Origin: Candidatus Latescibacterota bacterium
GTDB taxonomy: Bacteria > Latescibacterota > UBA2968 > GCA-2709665
NCBI GenBank assembly: GCA_965219455.1
Contig: OZ244744.1
Location: forward strand, 448,001 to 512,000
Reading direction: 5' to 3'
DNA length: 64,000 nt
Below the pieces are notes generated by a model. That model did not search any database. It had not been told where the DNA came from and saw only the letters and a list, made by a program, of their open reading frames with translations. The number at the start of each line of letters is the position of its first letter. Position 1 is the first letter of the stretch. The position numbers and the translations under genes were made by a program. Positions 47,890 through 56,458 of this stretch are shown here, piece by piece.

Positions 47890-50310
47890 ATGGCGTTATT
47901 AAACCGGTTTCTCAAACGAAAAACCAATCCGTTCCAGGAGATCGAAGAATACCGGGATCTGCTTGAAGTCCCAAAGGAATTCGACGAGGGCTTCAACTCC
48001 AAGACCATTCTCGGCGCGCTCTTCGTCTCCATTATTATGGTTCCGGGGAACATCTACCTGGAACTGATGGTGGGCCAAACGGTTGGCGCCGCGGCACAGT
48101 GGGTGACGATCATACTGTTCCTGGAACTGGCCAAGCGCTCGTTCACCGTGCTGAAGAAACAGGAACTTTATCTTCTCTTTTATGTCACCAGCGCCCTGGT
48201 TGCCCGAGAAACCGGCGCATTCGAGGGCCTGCTCTGGCACCAGTACTACGTTCAGTCACCCGCCGCCAAACAGTTCGGCATCTCGCACCTCATCCCCCGC
48301 TGGTGGGCGCCCCCACCCGACTCCCCCGCCCTGATCGACCGCACCTTCCTGCACGCGGACTGGCTCCTTCCCATCTCCCTGCTCGTCCTGGGAACAATTA
48401 TGGTCCGCATCCAGTGGTTCACCGCCAGTTACGTGCTCTTCCGCATCACCTCGGACTACGAACGCCTGCCCTTTCCGTTCGCCCCCATCAACGCCCAGGC
48501 CGCCATGGCGCTTGCGGAAGAGAGCAGCGGGCAATACACATGGAAGTGGCGCGTCTTCAGTATCGGCGCCGTCATCGGTGTGGTATGGGGGGCCGTTTAC
48601 GTGGCCGTGCCCGCCATCACCGGCGCGTTTATGGAAAACCCGCTTCAACTCATCCCCATTCCATGGGTGGATTTTACCCAGTACACGGGTTATTTTCTAG
48701 AGGCCACGCCGATGGGATTCACGCTCCACCTGGCGCCCATTTTCGCCGGCCTTCTGGCCCCCTTCTGGGCCGTCATGGGTGCATTCATCGGCGTCGTCAT
48801 CCATACCGCGGCCAGCCCCATTCTTTACCGACACGGTTACATGCCCCACTGGTTCATGGGCATGGATACCATCATGACGCACTTTGTCACCGGCATCGAC
48901 TTCTGGATGAGCTTCGGGATCGGCATCACTCTAGCCATCGCAATTATCGGGTTCTACCAGGTCTGGACCGGGGTTCGCACCGCCCGGCGGGAAAAGAGCG
49001 AAAAGGGGAGCTGGACGCCACCACCCGGAAGGGGCGACTTCCGCATATGGATCTGCATCGTGCTTTTCTGCCTTTCCAGCATGTACACCATCATCCTGGC
49101 CAAGATTCTCTTTCCCGACCTGGTTGGAAAGGTTCTGCTCACCTTCTTTTTCATCTTCGCTTTTGTCTACACCCCGCTGATCTCCTTTGTCAACGCCCGG
49201 CTCGACGGCCTGGTCGGACAAAACGTCAATATCCCGTATATCAAGGAAGCCACCATCTTTCTGAGCGGGTTCAGGGGCATCGAAATCTGGTTTGTGCCGT
49301 TCCCGCTGGCAAACTGGGGGGCGGAAGCCGAACGTTTCCGGCAGATCGAACTCACGGGCACGAGATTTACGGGGATCCTGAAAGCCGAGCTTTTCATGGT
49401 TCCCCTCATTTTTGTTACCAGCTTCATGTACTGGTCCTACATCTGGAAGCTGGCACCCATACCCTCGGCCTCCTACCCGTACGTACAGCTGATGTGGCCG
49501 CTCAGGGCGCTGCAGAGCAGCGTCTGGTTCACTGGCACCATGCAGGGTGAGGTGGAAACCGATGTGTCCTCCGGAACGGTGTCCTTCCAGCCCAGCAATC
49601 TGCCAGACGGCAACTGGTGGTACTGGCGCGCACGCGCCTCGGCCGACGTCGACATCGAAGATCACGAACAACGCGCCTACGGACCGTGGTCCCGGGTCGG
49701 GTACTTTTATACGAACTTCGAGGATTCGGAACGCCCGTTAACGCCTTCGTTCCCCCTGGACCGTGCAGAACCGGACATTTCCGATGCCCTTCAACAAGGG
49801 CTGCCTTCGGCGCCCGTGTTGAGAAGTCCTTCAGACGAAAGCCACGCGGACAACCCCAACCCCAACATGATCGTTCTCGAAGCCCGGGACCCGCAGGGGC
49901 GGGAAATGGTATACCAGTTCGAAGTAGACCAGGTACCCTCCTTCGACGGTTCTTTTCTTCAGAGTTCCGACGACGTGCCGATCCTGTTCGAGGCCCTCAA
50001 GAAAGAGGTTATCTTCATTGGACTCGCCGTCGGCCTGTTCTCGTTCGTGGTTCTGTCCGTCTTCGGCCTGCCCATACTGCTCATTTTCGGGTACATGCGG
50101 AGCCTGACCAGCATTCCGCACCTCCTCATCACTGAAATCATCGGCGCGCTCCTTGCGCGGTTCTATTTCTGGAAACGCTTCGGCAAACAGCAATGGCGCC
50201 TCTATGCGGCGGTACTTTACGTCGGGTTTTCGGTGGGGATGTCCCTGGTGGGCATGGCCTCCGTCTCCATTGCCATGATCCAGAAAGCGGTCTCGGTACT
50301 GTTGTTCTGA
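47890..50310 (+). CDS. OPT-superfamily-like membrane transporter with a soluble Ig/FN3-like insertion
   Basis: Many TM segments; AAQWVT.ILF.E.A.RS, SD.ERLPFPFAP and PIPS.SYPY...WP; hydrophilic insert of about 140 aa. Confidence 0.7.
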   Translation: MALLNRFLKRKTNPFQEIEEYRDLLEVPKEFDEGFNSKTILGALFVSIIMVPGNIYLELMVGQTVGAAAQWVTIILFLELAKRSFTVLKKQELYLLFYVTSALVARETGAFEGLLWHQYYVQSPAAKQFGISHLIPRWWAPPPDSPALIDRTFLHADWLLPISLLVLGTIMVRIQWFTASYVLFRITSDYERLPFPFAPINAQAAMALAEESSGQYTWKWRVFSIGAVIGVVWGAVYVAVPAITGAFMENPLQLIPIPWVDFTQYTGYFLEATPMGFTLHLAPIFAGLLAPFWAVMGAFIGVVIHTAASPILYRHGYMPHWFMGMDTIMTHFVTGIDFWMSFGIGITLAIAIIGFYQVWTGVRTARREKSEKGSWTPPPGRGDFRIWICIVLFCLSSMYTIILAKILFPDLVGKVLLTFFFIFAFVYTPLISFVNARLDGLVGQNVNIPYIKEATIFLSGFRGIEIWFVPFPLANWGAEAERFRQIELTGTRFTGILKAELFMVPLIFVTSFMYWSYIWKLAPIPSASYPYVQLMWPLRALQSSVWFTGTMQGEVETDVSSGTVSFQPSNLPDGNWWYWRARASADVDIEDHEQRAYGPWSRVGYFYTNFEDSERPLTPSFPLDRAEPDISDALQQGLPSAPVLRSPSDESHADNPNPNMIVLEARDPQGREMVYQFEVDQVPSFDGSFLQSSDDVPILFEALKKEVIFIGLAVGLFSFVVLSVFGLPILLIFGYMRSLTSIPHLLITEIIGALLARFYFWKRFGKQQWRLYAAVLYVGFSVGMSLVGMASVSIAMIQKAVSVLLF

Positions 50311-50460
50311 GCCCCGCCCGGAGAGCGCGCAGCGCATCGTTTCCTCGCAGGACGGCACGCTGTCGGACTCCTTCCAGACTTCCCTCCTCCCCAGGCCGAT
50401 TTCCTGAAGAAACGGATCCCGCCACGCGGAACCAATGCCGCCATTGTGGGTCGATAACCC

Positions 50461-50489
50461 TTGACTTCGGTTCGGACGGTAACTATTTT
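50461..50489 (+). promoter_or_regulatory. Sigma70 promoter of the BMC operon
   Basis: TTGACT-N17-TATTTT. Confidence 0.5.
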
Positions 50490-50523
50490 GTCCGGTCGAG
50501 TGATTCGCTCCGGACCGTTCGAC

Positions 50524-50585
50524 CTAATGTCCCGTCCCAGAAATATGTCACCATCCGGCAATCTATTTCCGGGACAGAACACTAA
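50524..50585. mobile_element. Short MITE-like element in the BMC operon leader
   Basis: CTAATGTCCCGTCCCAGAAATA...TATTTCCGGGACAGAACACTAA; CTAA at both ends. Confidence 0.8.
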
Positions 50586-50603
50586 CGCCACCGGGACGGA
50601 CGT

Positions 50604-51161
50604 ATGTCAGTCGCAATCGGCATGATCGAAGTCGAAGGCGTCGCCGGCATTATTCTCGCGTCGGATGCCGCCTGTAAAACCGCCGGCGTGGATCTCCTGG
50701 GCTGGGAGTCCATCGGCGGATTCACCACCGTTTTCTTCGGTGGTTCCGTCAGCAAGGTCGCAACGGCGCTAAAGAGCGGCGAAGAGGCGGCCAGAGAGGT
50801 CGTGAGCCACGTGGTGGTGGCGCCGATGACACGACCCGAACCCATCTGTCGGGATTACGTCTCGAATGCCCGGGCTCCGGAGCGGCGAACACCGTCCGGC
50901 GCATTGGGTCTGATCGAAACCAGGGGATATGGCGCTCACATCACCGCCAACGACCACATGGTAAAAGCCGCCGACGTCCAGGTCTATAACGTGCTTACCG
51001 TACACAACCGGGTCGTCTGCTCCCTTATACTGGGCGACGTGGCCTCCGTGAGCGAAGCCCTGCCTGTCGGCCGCGCGTGCGTTGAAGCCGGGGAAAACTT
51101 TCTCTGCGACGCGCTGATCCCTCAACCCCTGCCCGAAGTCCTCCGGGCATTCGGCCCCTGA
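50604..51161 (+). CDS. Bacterial microcompartment shell protein with two tandem BMC domains
   Basis: AIGMIEVEG...DAACK.A.V...TRP and ALGLIETRG...DHMVKAADV...GDVASV...IPQP. Confidence 0.93.
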   Translation: MSVAIGMIEVEGVAGIILASDAACKTAGVDLLGWESIGGFTTVFFGGSVSKVATALKSGEEAAREVVSHVVVAPMTRPEPICRDYVSNARAPERRTPSGALGLIETRGYGAHITANDHMVKAADVQVYNVLTVHNRVVCSLILGDVASVSEALPVGRACVEAGENFLCDALIPQPLPEVLRAFGP

Positions 51162-51170
51162 GCGGCAGCC

Positions 51171-52331
51171 GTGAACGCACGAAATCGTGCCCTTGGTATT
51201 CTCGAAACCCGTGGCATGACCGCGCTCATCGCGGCCCTGGACGCCATGCTGAAAACCGTGGACGTCAGGGTTCTCGGACGACATGGCGTGGGTTCCGGTT
51301 GGGTAACCGTTGTCGTTGAGGGCGCCGTTTCGGATGTCGAAGCCGCCGTCCACATAGGGAGAACCGAGGCCGAAAACCACGGCGACCTCATCACCGCCGA
51401 CGTCATCCCGGGTCCCGACGCACGCGCCCTGGAACCCATGCCTCACATGACGGGCGCAACCTCGGCAAGGCCGGTCGGACCCCTGGCCTTGGGTATCCTC
51501 GAAACCCGCGGCATGGTACCCCTCATCCGCGGCGCGGACGCCATGATCAAAAGCGCGCCCGTCCACGTTGCCGGCTGGACATCCATCGGCGGCGCACTGG
51601 TTCATCTCCTGGTAAGGGGCGATATAGCGTCGGTCCGGATCGCCGTTCAGGCCGGCAAAGCGTGTGCGGGTGAGGTCGGAGAGGTCTACGCCGCGCTGGA
51701 CATTCCCAGTCCTGAAGCGGGCATCGCGACACTGCTTCCCCATACATCGATAACGAACGCGCCGGAGACCGACGTCGGCGCGCTGGGCGTTCTTGAAACA
51801 ACGGGTTATGCGTGTGCGGTCGGCGGTTGCGACGCGATGGTCAAAGCGGCCGGCGTTGATCTGGTGCGCCTCGTCATTGCCAGCGGAGGACGCGTCGACG
51901 CGCTGGTGAAAGGCGCCCTCGACGCGGTCCAGGCGGCCGTTCAGGCCGGTGTCGATGGCGCGCAGGAGGCCGGGGAATTGAATGCATCCTGCGTCGTTTC
52001 CCGTCCATCTTCCGAAATCCTGGCCTGTTTTGGCGGCAGCAACGCAGGGAGACCCGCGAGCCGGAATCAGGCGATGGGCCTGATCGAAACGCGTAGCACC
52101 GTCGCCCTGGTCAAAGCCGTGGATCAGATGTTGAAATCAGCAGACGTGGAATACGAGGGACGTTACAAGGTGGGTTACTTTCTCACTGCAAGCGTTGTCC
52201 GGGGAGACGTTGGTGCGGTGCGCACGGCGCTGGGAGTCGGCGCCGCGGAAGCCGAGAAATATGGTGAACTGGTGTCCGCCCTTCTCATCCCCCACCCCTT
52301 TCGTGCCCTGGAAGAACGCTTGATTCACTGA
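51171..52331 (+). CDS. Bacterial microcompartment shell protein with four tandem BMC domains
   Basis: Four repeats: ALGILETRG..DAMLK, ALGILETRG..DAMIK, ALGVLETTG..DAMVK and AMGLIETRS..DQMLK, each ending in an IPxP/SRP motif. Confidence 0.93.
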   Translation: MNARNRALGILETRGMTALIAALDAMLKTVDVRVLGRHGVGSGWVTVVVEGAVSDVEAAVHIGRTEAENHGDLITADVIPGPDARALEPMPHMTGATSARPVGPLALGILETRGMVPLIRGADAMIKSAPVHVAGWTSIGGALVHLLVRGDIASVRIAVQAGKACAGEVGEVYAALDIPSPEAGIATLLPHTSITNAPETDVGALGVLETTGYACAVGGCDAMVKAAGVDLVRLVIASGGRVDALVKGALDAVQAAVQAGVDGAQEAGELNASCVVSRPSSEILACFGGSNAGRPASRNQAMGLIETRSTVALVKAVDQMLKSADVEYEGRYKVGYFLTASVVRGDVGAVRTALGVGAAEAEKYGELVSALLIPHPFRALEERLIH

Positions 52332-52370
52332 TCGGCCGCCGAACGCCCTGTCCCTCAACCGAGGAAATCG

Positions 52371-53540
52371 ATGATCCGTATTGACGATCCGGTCGTTACC
52401 GAACAGCTACTCAAGGACAGACTTGGCACGCAGCGTGAGGTCGAAATCTGCCCGCGGGCAAAGCTGACTCCGCTGGCGCTGGACTACCTGGCGGCCAACC
52501 GCGTGGAAGTGACGAGGAAAGACGCCGCGCCCGCCGGCCCGCGGACTTCGGCGCCGTCGCGCCATAACAACTCTGGCGCAAAAAAGGAATTCAAAGGCAT
52601 CTTCTGTCCCAACATCGTCATCTTCGACCGAAACGATCGCATCAACTACGCGGAAATGGAGCGCTACGTCAACTGGCTCATCGAGGCCGGCATCCACGGG
52701 TTATATCCCAATGGCAGCACGGGCGAATTCGTGCGCCTGTCCAGCAACGAGCGCAAGGAAGTGGTGCGCGTTGTCACAAACGTCAACCAGGGGCGGGTGC
52801 CGGTTCTGGCCGGCGCGAGTGAAGCAAACCTCCGCGACGTGCTCAAAATGAGCGAATACTACGCCGGCGTTGACGTCGACGCCATCTCTCTCGTACCCCC
52901 CTATTATTACGAGATATCCGACACGAGTCTCTTCGAATACTTCGCCGAAATCGCCAGACAGACGCCTCTCGACCTTCTCCTCTACAATATCCCCCAGTTC
53001 ACGCAGGAACTCACGCTGGACATCATGGAACGGTTGCTGGCATTCGAGCGCATTATGGGTACCAAAGACTCCAGCCGGGACATGCCGCGCCTGATCAACA
53101 CCATGCACCGGCTGCGCGCACAACGTCCCGACTACGTGGTCCTGGTCGGCTGCGAAGAAATCCTCTGTCCCTCCATCATGATGGGCGCCAGCGGCGGCAC
53201 GATCGCGACATCCGGCATCGTTCCCGAAGTCATCGTGGACATCTACGAAAAAACCCTGGCCGGCGATATCGAAAACGCGCGCGACATGCAATACCGCATT
53301 CTGGAACTCATCAACCTTATGCTGCTGGGAGTCAACTTCCCGGAAGGCTTTAAAACGGGCGTGGCCGTGCGGGGTTTCGACGTGGGTCCGCCACGCCAGG
53401 CCATGAGTAGCCAGGAGAAGGAATATCTACTCAAGCTTGAAGCGCAGATCAGCTGTATCCTCAAAGATATGGGTTATGCGATCAAAGGTCCGAGAGCCTG
53501 TCCCGTAACCAACCTGCCGTCAATTGTCGAACGGACCTGA
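52371..53540 (+). CDS. DHDPS/NAL family class I aldolase with N-terminal BMC-associated-type module
   Basis: NGSTGEF, VPPYYY, LLYNIPQF and Schiff-base GTKDSS; extra N-terminal segment of about 70 aa; GAGG ribosome-binding site. Confidence 0.88.
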   Translation: MIRIDDPVVTEQLLKDRLGTQREVEICPRAKLTPLALDYLAANRVEVTRKDAAPAGPRTSAPSRHNNSGAKKEFKGIFCPNIVIFDRNDRINYAEMERYVNWLIEAGIHGLYPNGSTGEFVRLSSNERKEVVRVVTNVNQGRVPVLAGASEANLRDVLKMSEYYAGVDVDAISLVPPYYYEISDTSLFEYFAEIARQTPLDLLLYNIPQFTQELTLDIMERLLAFERIMGTKDSSRDMPRLINTMHRLRAQRPDYVVLVGCEEILCPSIMMGASGGTIATSGIVPEVIVDIYEKTLAGDIENARDMQYRILELINLMLLGVNFPEGFKTGVAVRGFDVGPPRQAMSSQEKEYLLKLEAQISCILKDMGYAIKGPRACPVTNLPSIVERT

Positions 53541-53600
53541 TGAGCGACCCGCGCGCGACGGAATCGATTCTGTCGTTCGGTTTTGTTAAGGAGAATGGCA

Positions 53601-54545
53601 ATGGCCGAAAACACACCTGGACGCAACCTGGTCAATCCTTTCAACCTGAATTCCGACGACGGATATGTCTGGCTGAAAGGCAACCTCCACTCCCACACGA
53701 CGAATTCCGACGGCAAAGCGTCGCCCCAGGAACGCCTGGACGGGTATGTCAGACAGGGATACGACTTTCTCTGCCTTTCGGACCACCGTAAAATCACCCG
53801 GATCGATTCCGTGGAATGTCCGGACGACTTTGTCCTCATTCAGGGCGCCGAACTGCATCCGGACAACCCGTTCGGCGGGCAGAAGCACCATTTCCTCTGT
53901 CTGAACATCCACGAAGACATCGACTCGGAGAACATGCCGCCTCAGCACGTTATCGACGCCGTCCGGGACCAGGGCGGCTGCACGTGGCTGGCCCACCCCT
54001 ACTGGAGTTCGGTCAATATCCTGAGAGACACCCTGCCCCTCACGGGAATGGCCGGCGTGGAAGTATTCAACACAACGTGCCGATGCGCGGGACGGGGTGA
54101 ATCCGGCGTGCATTGGGACGATTGGATGGACCTGGAAAACAGGCTGTATCCCGCCCTGGCCAACGACGATTCCCACGCCCTCGAATCCCAAAATCGCGAC
54201 ACCTACCGGGGCTGGACGATGGCGCGCGTGAAAAACCGCTCCCCGCAGGCCATTGTCGACGCACTGGCAAAGGGCACGAGCTATTCGAGCACGGGCGTAA
54301 AAATTCACAACATCAGCCTGCACAAGACCACGGGGGAGCCCGCGGCGGTGAATGCCACCGTAGAATGCTCCGAATCCCGGTGTATCCTTGCCATTTGCGA
54401 TACCTTCGGAACCGAATACAGAGGTTCCGGGAAACCCTTTACCAGGGCAACCCTCACCCTTCGCCCCGGCGCGCGCTGGGTCCGTTTCGAAGTCATCGGA
54501 ACGGACGGCACGAAAGCCTGGTCCAATCCATTCGACCTCACTTGA
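53601..54545 (+). CDS. PHP-fold metallohydrolase (CehA/McbA family)
   Basis: KGNLHSHTTNSDG, YDFL.LSDH, AHPYWS, EVFN, NDDSH and AWSNP. Confidence 0.85.
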   Translation: MAENTPGRNLVNPFNLNSDDGYVWLKGNLHSHTTNSDGKASPQERLDGYVRQGYDFLCLSDHRKITRIDSVECPDDFVLIQGAELHPDNPFGGQKHHFLCLNIHEDIDSENMPPQHVIDAVRDQGGCTWLAHPYWSSVNILRDTLPLTGMAGVEVFNTTCRCAGRGESGVHWDDWMDLENRLYPALANDDSHALESQNRDTYRGWTMARVKNRSPQAIVDALAKGTSYSSTGVKIHNISLHKTTGEPAAVNATVECSESRCILAICDTFGTEYRGSGKPFTRATLTLRPGARWVRFEVIGTDGTKAWSNPFDLT

Positions 54546-54558
54546 TGCGGAAGCCGCA

Positions 54559-55296
54559 ATGGGACTCGCCCTGACACCCGAGCAGGCGGCAGCGTATCGC
54601 GCAAACGGCTTCGTCCAGGTACCCGATCTGCTCACCCCGCGTGAGATCGGCACCTTCCTGGAAGAGGAGGCAGAAACGAAGCCTCCGGAAATCCTGGAAC
54701 TCGGCCTGCGCAGGCACACCGCGGACCCGCAGTGGCGTTATCTGGCGTCACACCCACGCGTCGCAGGTTTCGCGGCCCAACTGCTGGGCGGGCCGCCGAT
54801 GATCGTTCAGACCATGTACATGGCAAAGGCGCCGAAAGGCGGCGCCGGCATCGCGCTGCACCAGGACGCTCACTATATCCGGAACGAGCCCGGCACCCTC
54901 ATGGCCTGCTGGATTGCATTGAGCGATACCGACAGAAACAACGGCGGTCTTTGCGTCGCCGCTGGCAGCCACCTGGCCCCGCTCCGGAAAACCCGCCCCC
55001 CCAAAAACAGCAGTGAACACGCCTCGTGGGTGAAAGACTATGCCATGCGCGGGCCCGACGGACACGAATGGTCCGAAACCATGCACTCGCACGAAGTCGC
55101 CGGCGTGCATCCCGATGAACTCACCTTTCTTACGGTTCCGCGAGGGTCGGGCGTCTTCTTTACCGGCGGAACCATCCACGGTTCTTACGCAAACCGATCC
55201 CTGGGCAGGCCCCGGCTGGCGTTCGCCACACACTACGTAAGAGAGGGCACATGGGTATTTCGCCGCGACATCCAGGATCTTACTCCGGTCGAATAA
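54559..55296 (+). CDS. PhyH family dioxygenase
   Basis: Y..NGFV, LHQDA.Y, CWIAL.D...NGGL.V..GSH and IHGS..N.S..PR. Confidence 0.87.
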   Translation: MGLALTPEQAAAYRANGFVQVPDLLTPREIGTFLEEEAETKPPEILELGLRRHTADPQWRYLASHPRVAGFAAQLLGGPPMIVQTMYMAKAPKGGAGIALHQDAHYIRNEPGTLMACWIALSDTDRNNGGLCVAAGSHLAPLRKTRPPKNSSEHASWVKDYAMRGPDGHEWSETMHSHEVAGVHPDELTFLTVPRGSGVFFTGGTIHGSYANRSLGRPRLAFATHYVREGTWVFRRDIQDLTPVE

Positions 55297-55408
55297 CCGG
55301 CTTTTCCGAAGCGTACAACCGGAGAGGCGGAGTCGAGCGGTTCTCAACCTCGTTATTCAAGTTGTTTTCGTCCAACCCTTTCGATGTTTCACATTTGGGA
55401 ACCCCATC

Positions 55409-56377
55409 ATGAAACGCGTTGCAAAGCCGGAAGGCGAATACAATATCGTAATCGAAGACGTTCCAATACCTGAAATTGAGCCCACCCAGGTCCTGATCCG
55501 GGCAGAATGCAGCCTGATCAGCCGGGGTTCCGAAATCTGGCGGCGTTACATCCGTCCCGAGTCCATCGACCATCAGAGCATGGGCTACTCATTCGTGGGG
55601 GACGTCGTCGAGGTCGGTGCGCGCGTTGACGGCTTCTCTATGGGAGACCGTGTGGCCGCGATTGCGCCACACGCGGAGTACGTTGCCGTCGAAATCGTGG
55701 GTTCCCGCCACAAAGATCCTGTAGTGCACCTTCCGGACGCGGTCTCCTCGGAAGCCGCCACCTTCTGGCCGCTGAGCACCAGTTCGGTCCTGTGGATGTG
55801 GGAAATCGATGCACACAAAGAAGACACGGTCGTCATTCTCGGACAGGGTCTGGTGGGCTCCCTCTGCATGCAGGCGCTCAAGGCAGACGTGAACCCCAGG
55901 GTTATCGCGGTTGACGCGCTTCCCCTCAGGTGCGAACTGGCCGAACGCCTCGGAGCAGACCACGTGGTGGACGCATCCCGGGACGATCCGGTGAGGGCGG
56001 TCCGACGGTTGACGGAGGGCGCCGGCGCAGCCGTCGTGGTTGAGGCGGTGGGCGGTCGCGCGGGCGCGGGCGCCTTCGTACAGGCTCAGGATATGGTGAA
56101 AAGCCGGGGGCTTATCCAGGTCATCGGCTTATATGAGGACGAGCCGCTTCCCCTCGACTCCGGGAAGATCCAGGGCCGGCGCATCGTCGGCGGTTATTCG
56201 GACGGCGGCAAACGCTCCCTGGGGTCGGACCGCGCGCTGCAGCTGCTTGCCCAGAAAAAGATCCGGTCCGAAGAGATGATTACCCACCGCTTTCCCTTCC
56301 AGGAAGCTTCTGAAGCTTTTGACTTGCTTTACACGCGGCTGGGCGAGACGATGGGCGTGGTGCTGGTGTGGAAGTAA
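55409..56377 (+). CDS. Medium-chain dehydrogenase/reductase (Zn-ADH-like, lacking the canonical Zn cysteines)
   Basis: SLISRGSE, GYS.VG.V.EVG, GQGLVG and ITHRF. Confidence 0.85.
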   Translation: MKRVAKPEGEYNIVIEDVPIPEIEPTQVLIRAECSLISRGSEIWRRYIRPESIDHQSMGYSFVGDVVEVGARVDGFSMGDRVAAIAPHAEYVAVEIVGSRHKDPVVHLPDAVSSEAATFWPLSTSSVLWMWEIDAHKEDTVVILGQGLVGSLCMQALKADVNPRVIAVDALPLRCELAERLGADHVVDASRDDPVRAVRRLTEGAGAAVVVEAVGGRAGAGAFVQAQDMVKSRGLIQVIGLYEDEPLPLDSGKIQGRRIVGGYSDGGKRSLGSDRALQLLAQKKIRSEEMITHRFPFQEASEAFDLLYTRLGETMGVVLVWK

Positions 56378-56458
56378 GGGGTACGGGCGTCGGTATCGGG
56401 GTTTGCCGGATTCATGCCCCGAAACGCCGACGCCCGAATCACGTTTAACGGAGGATTC

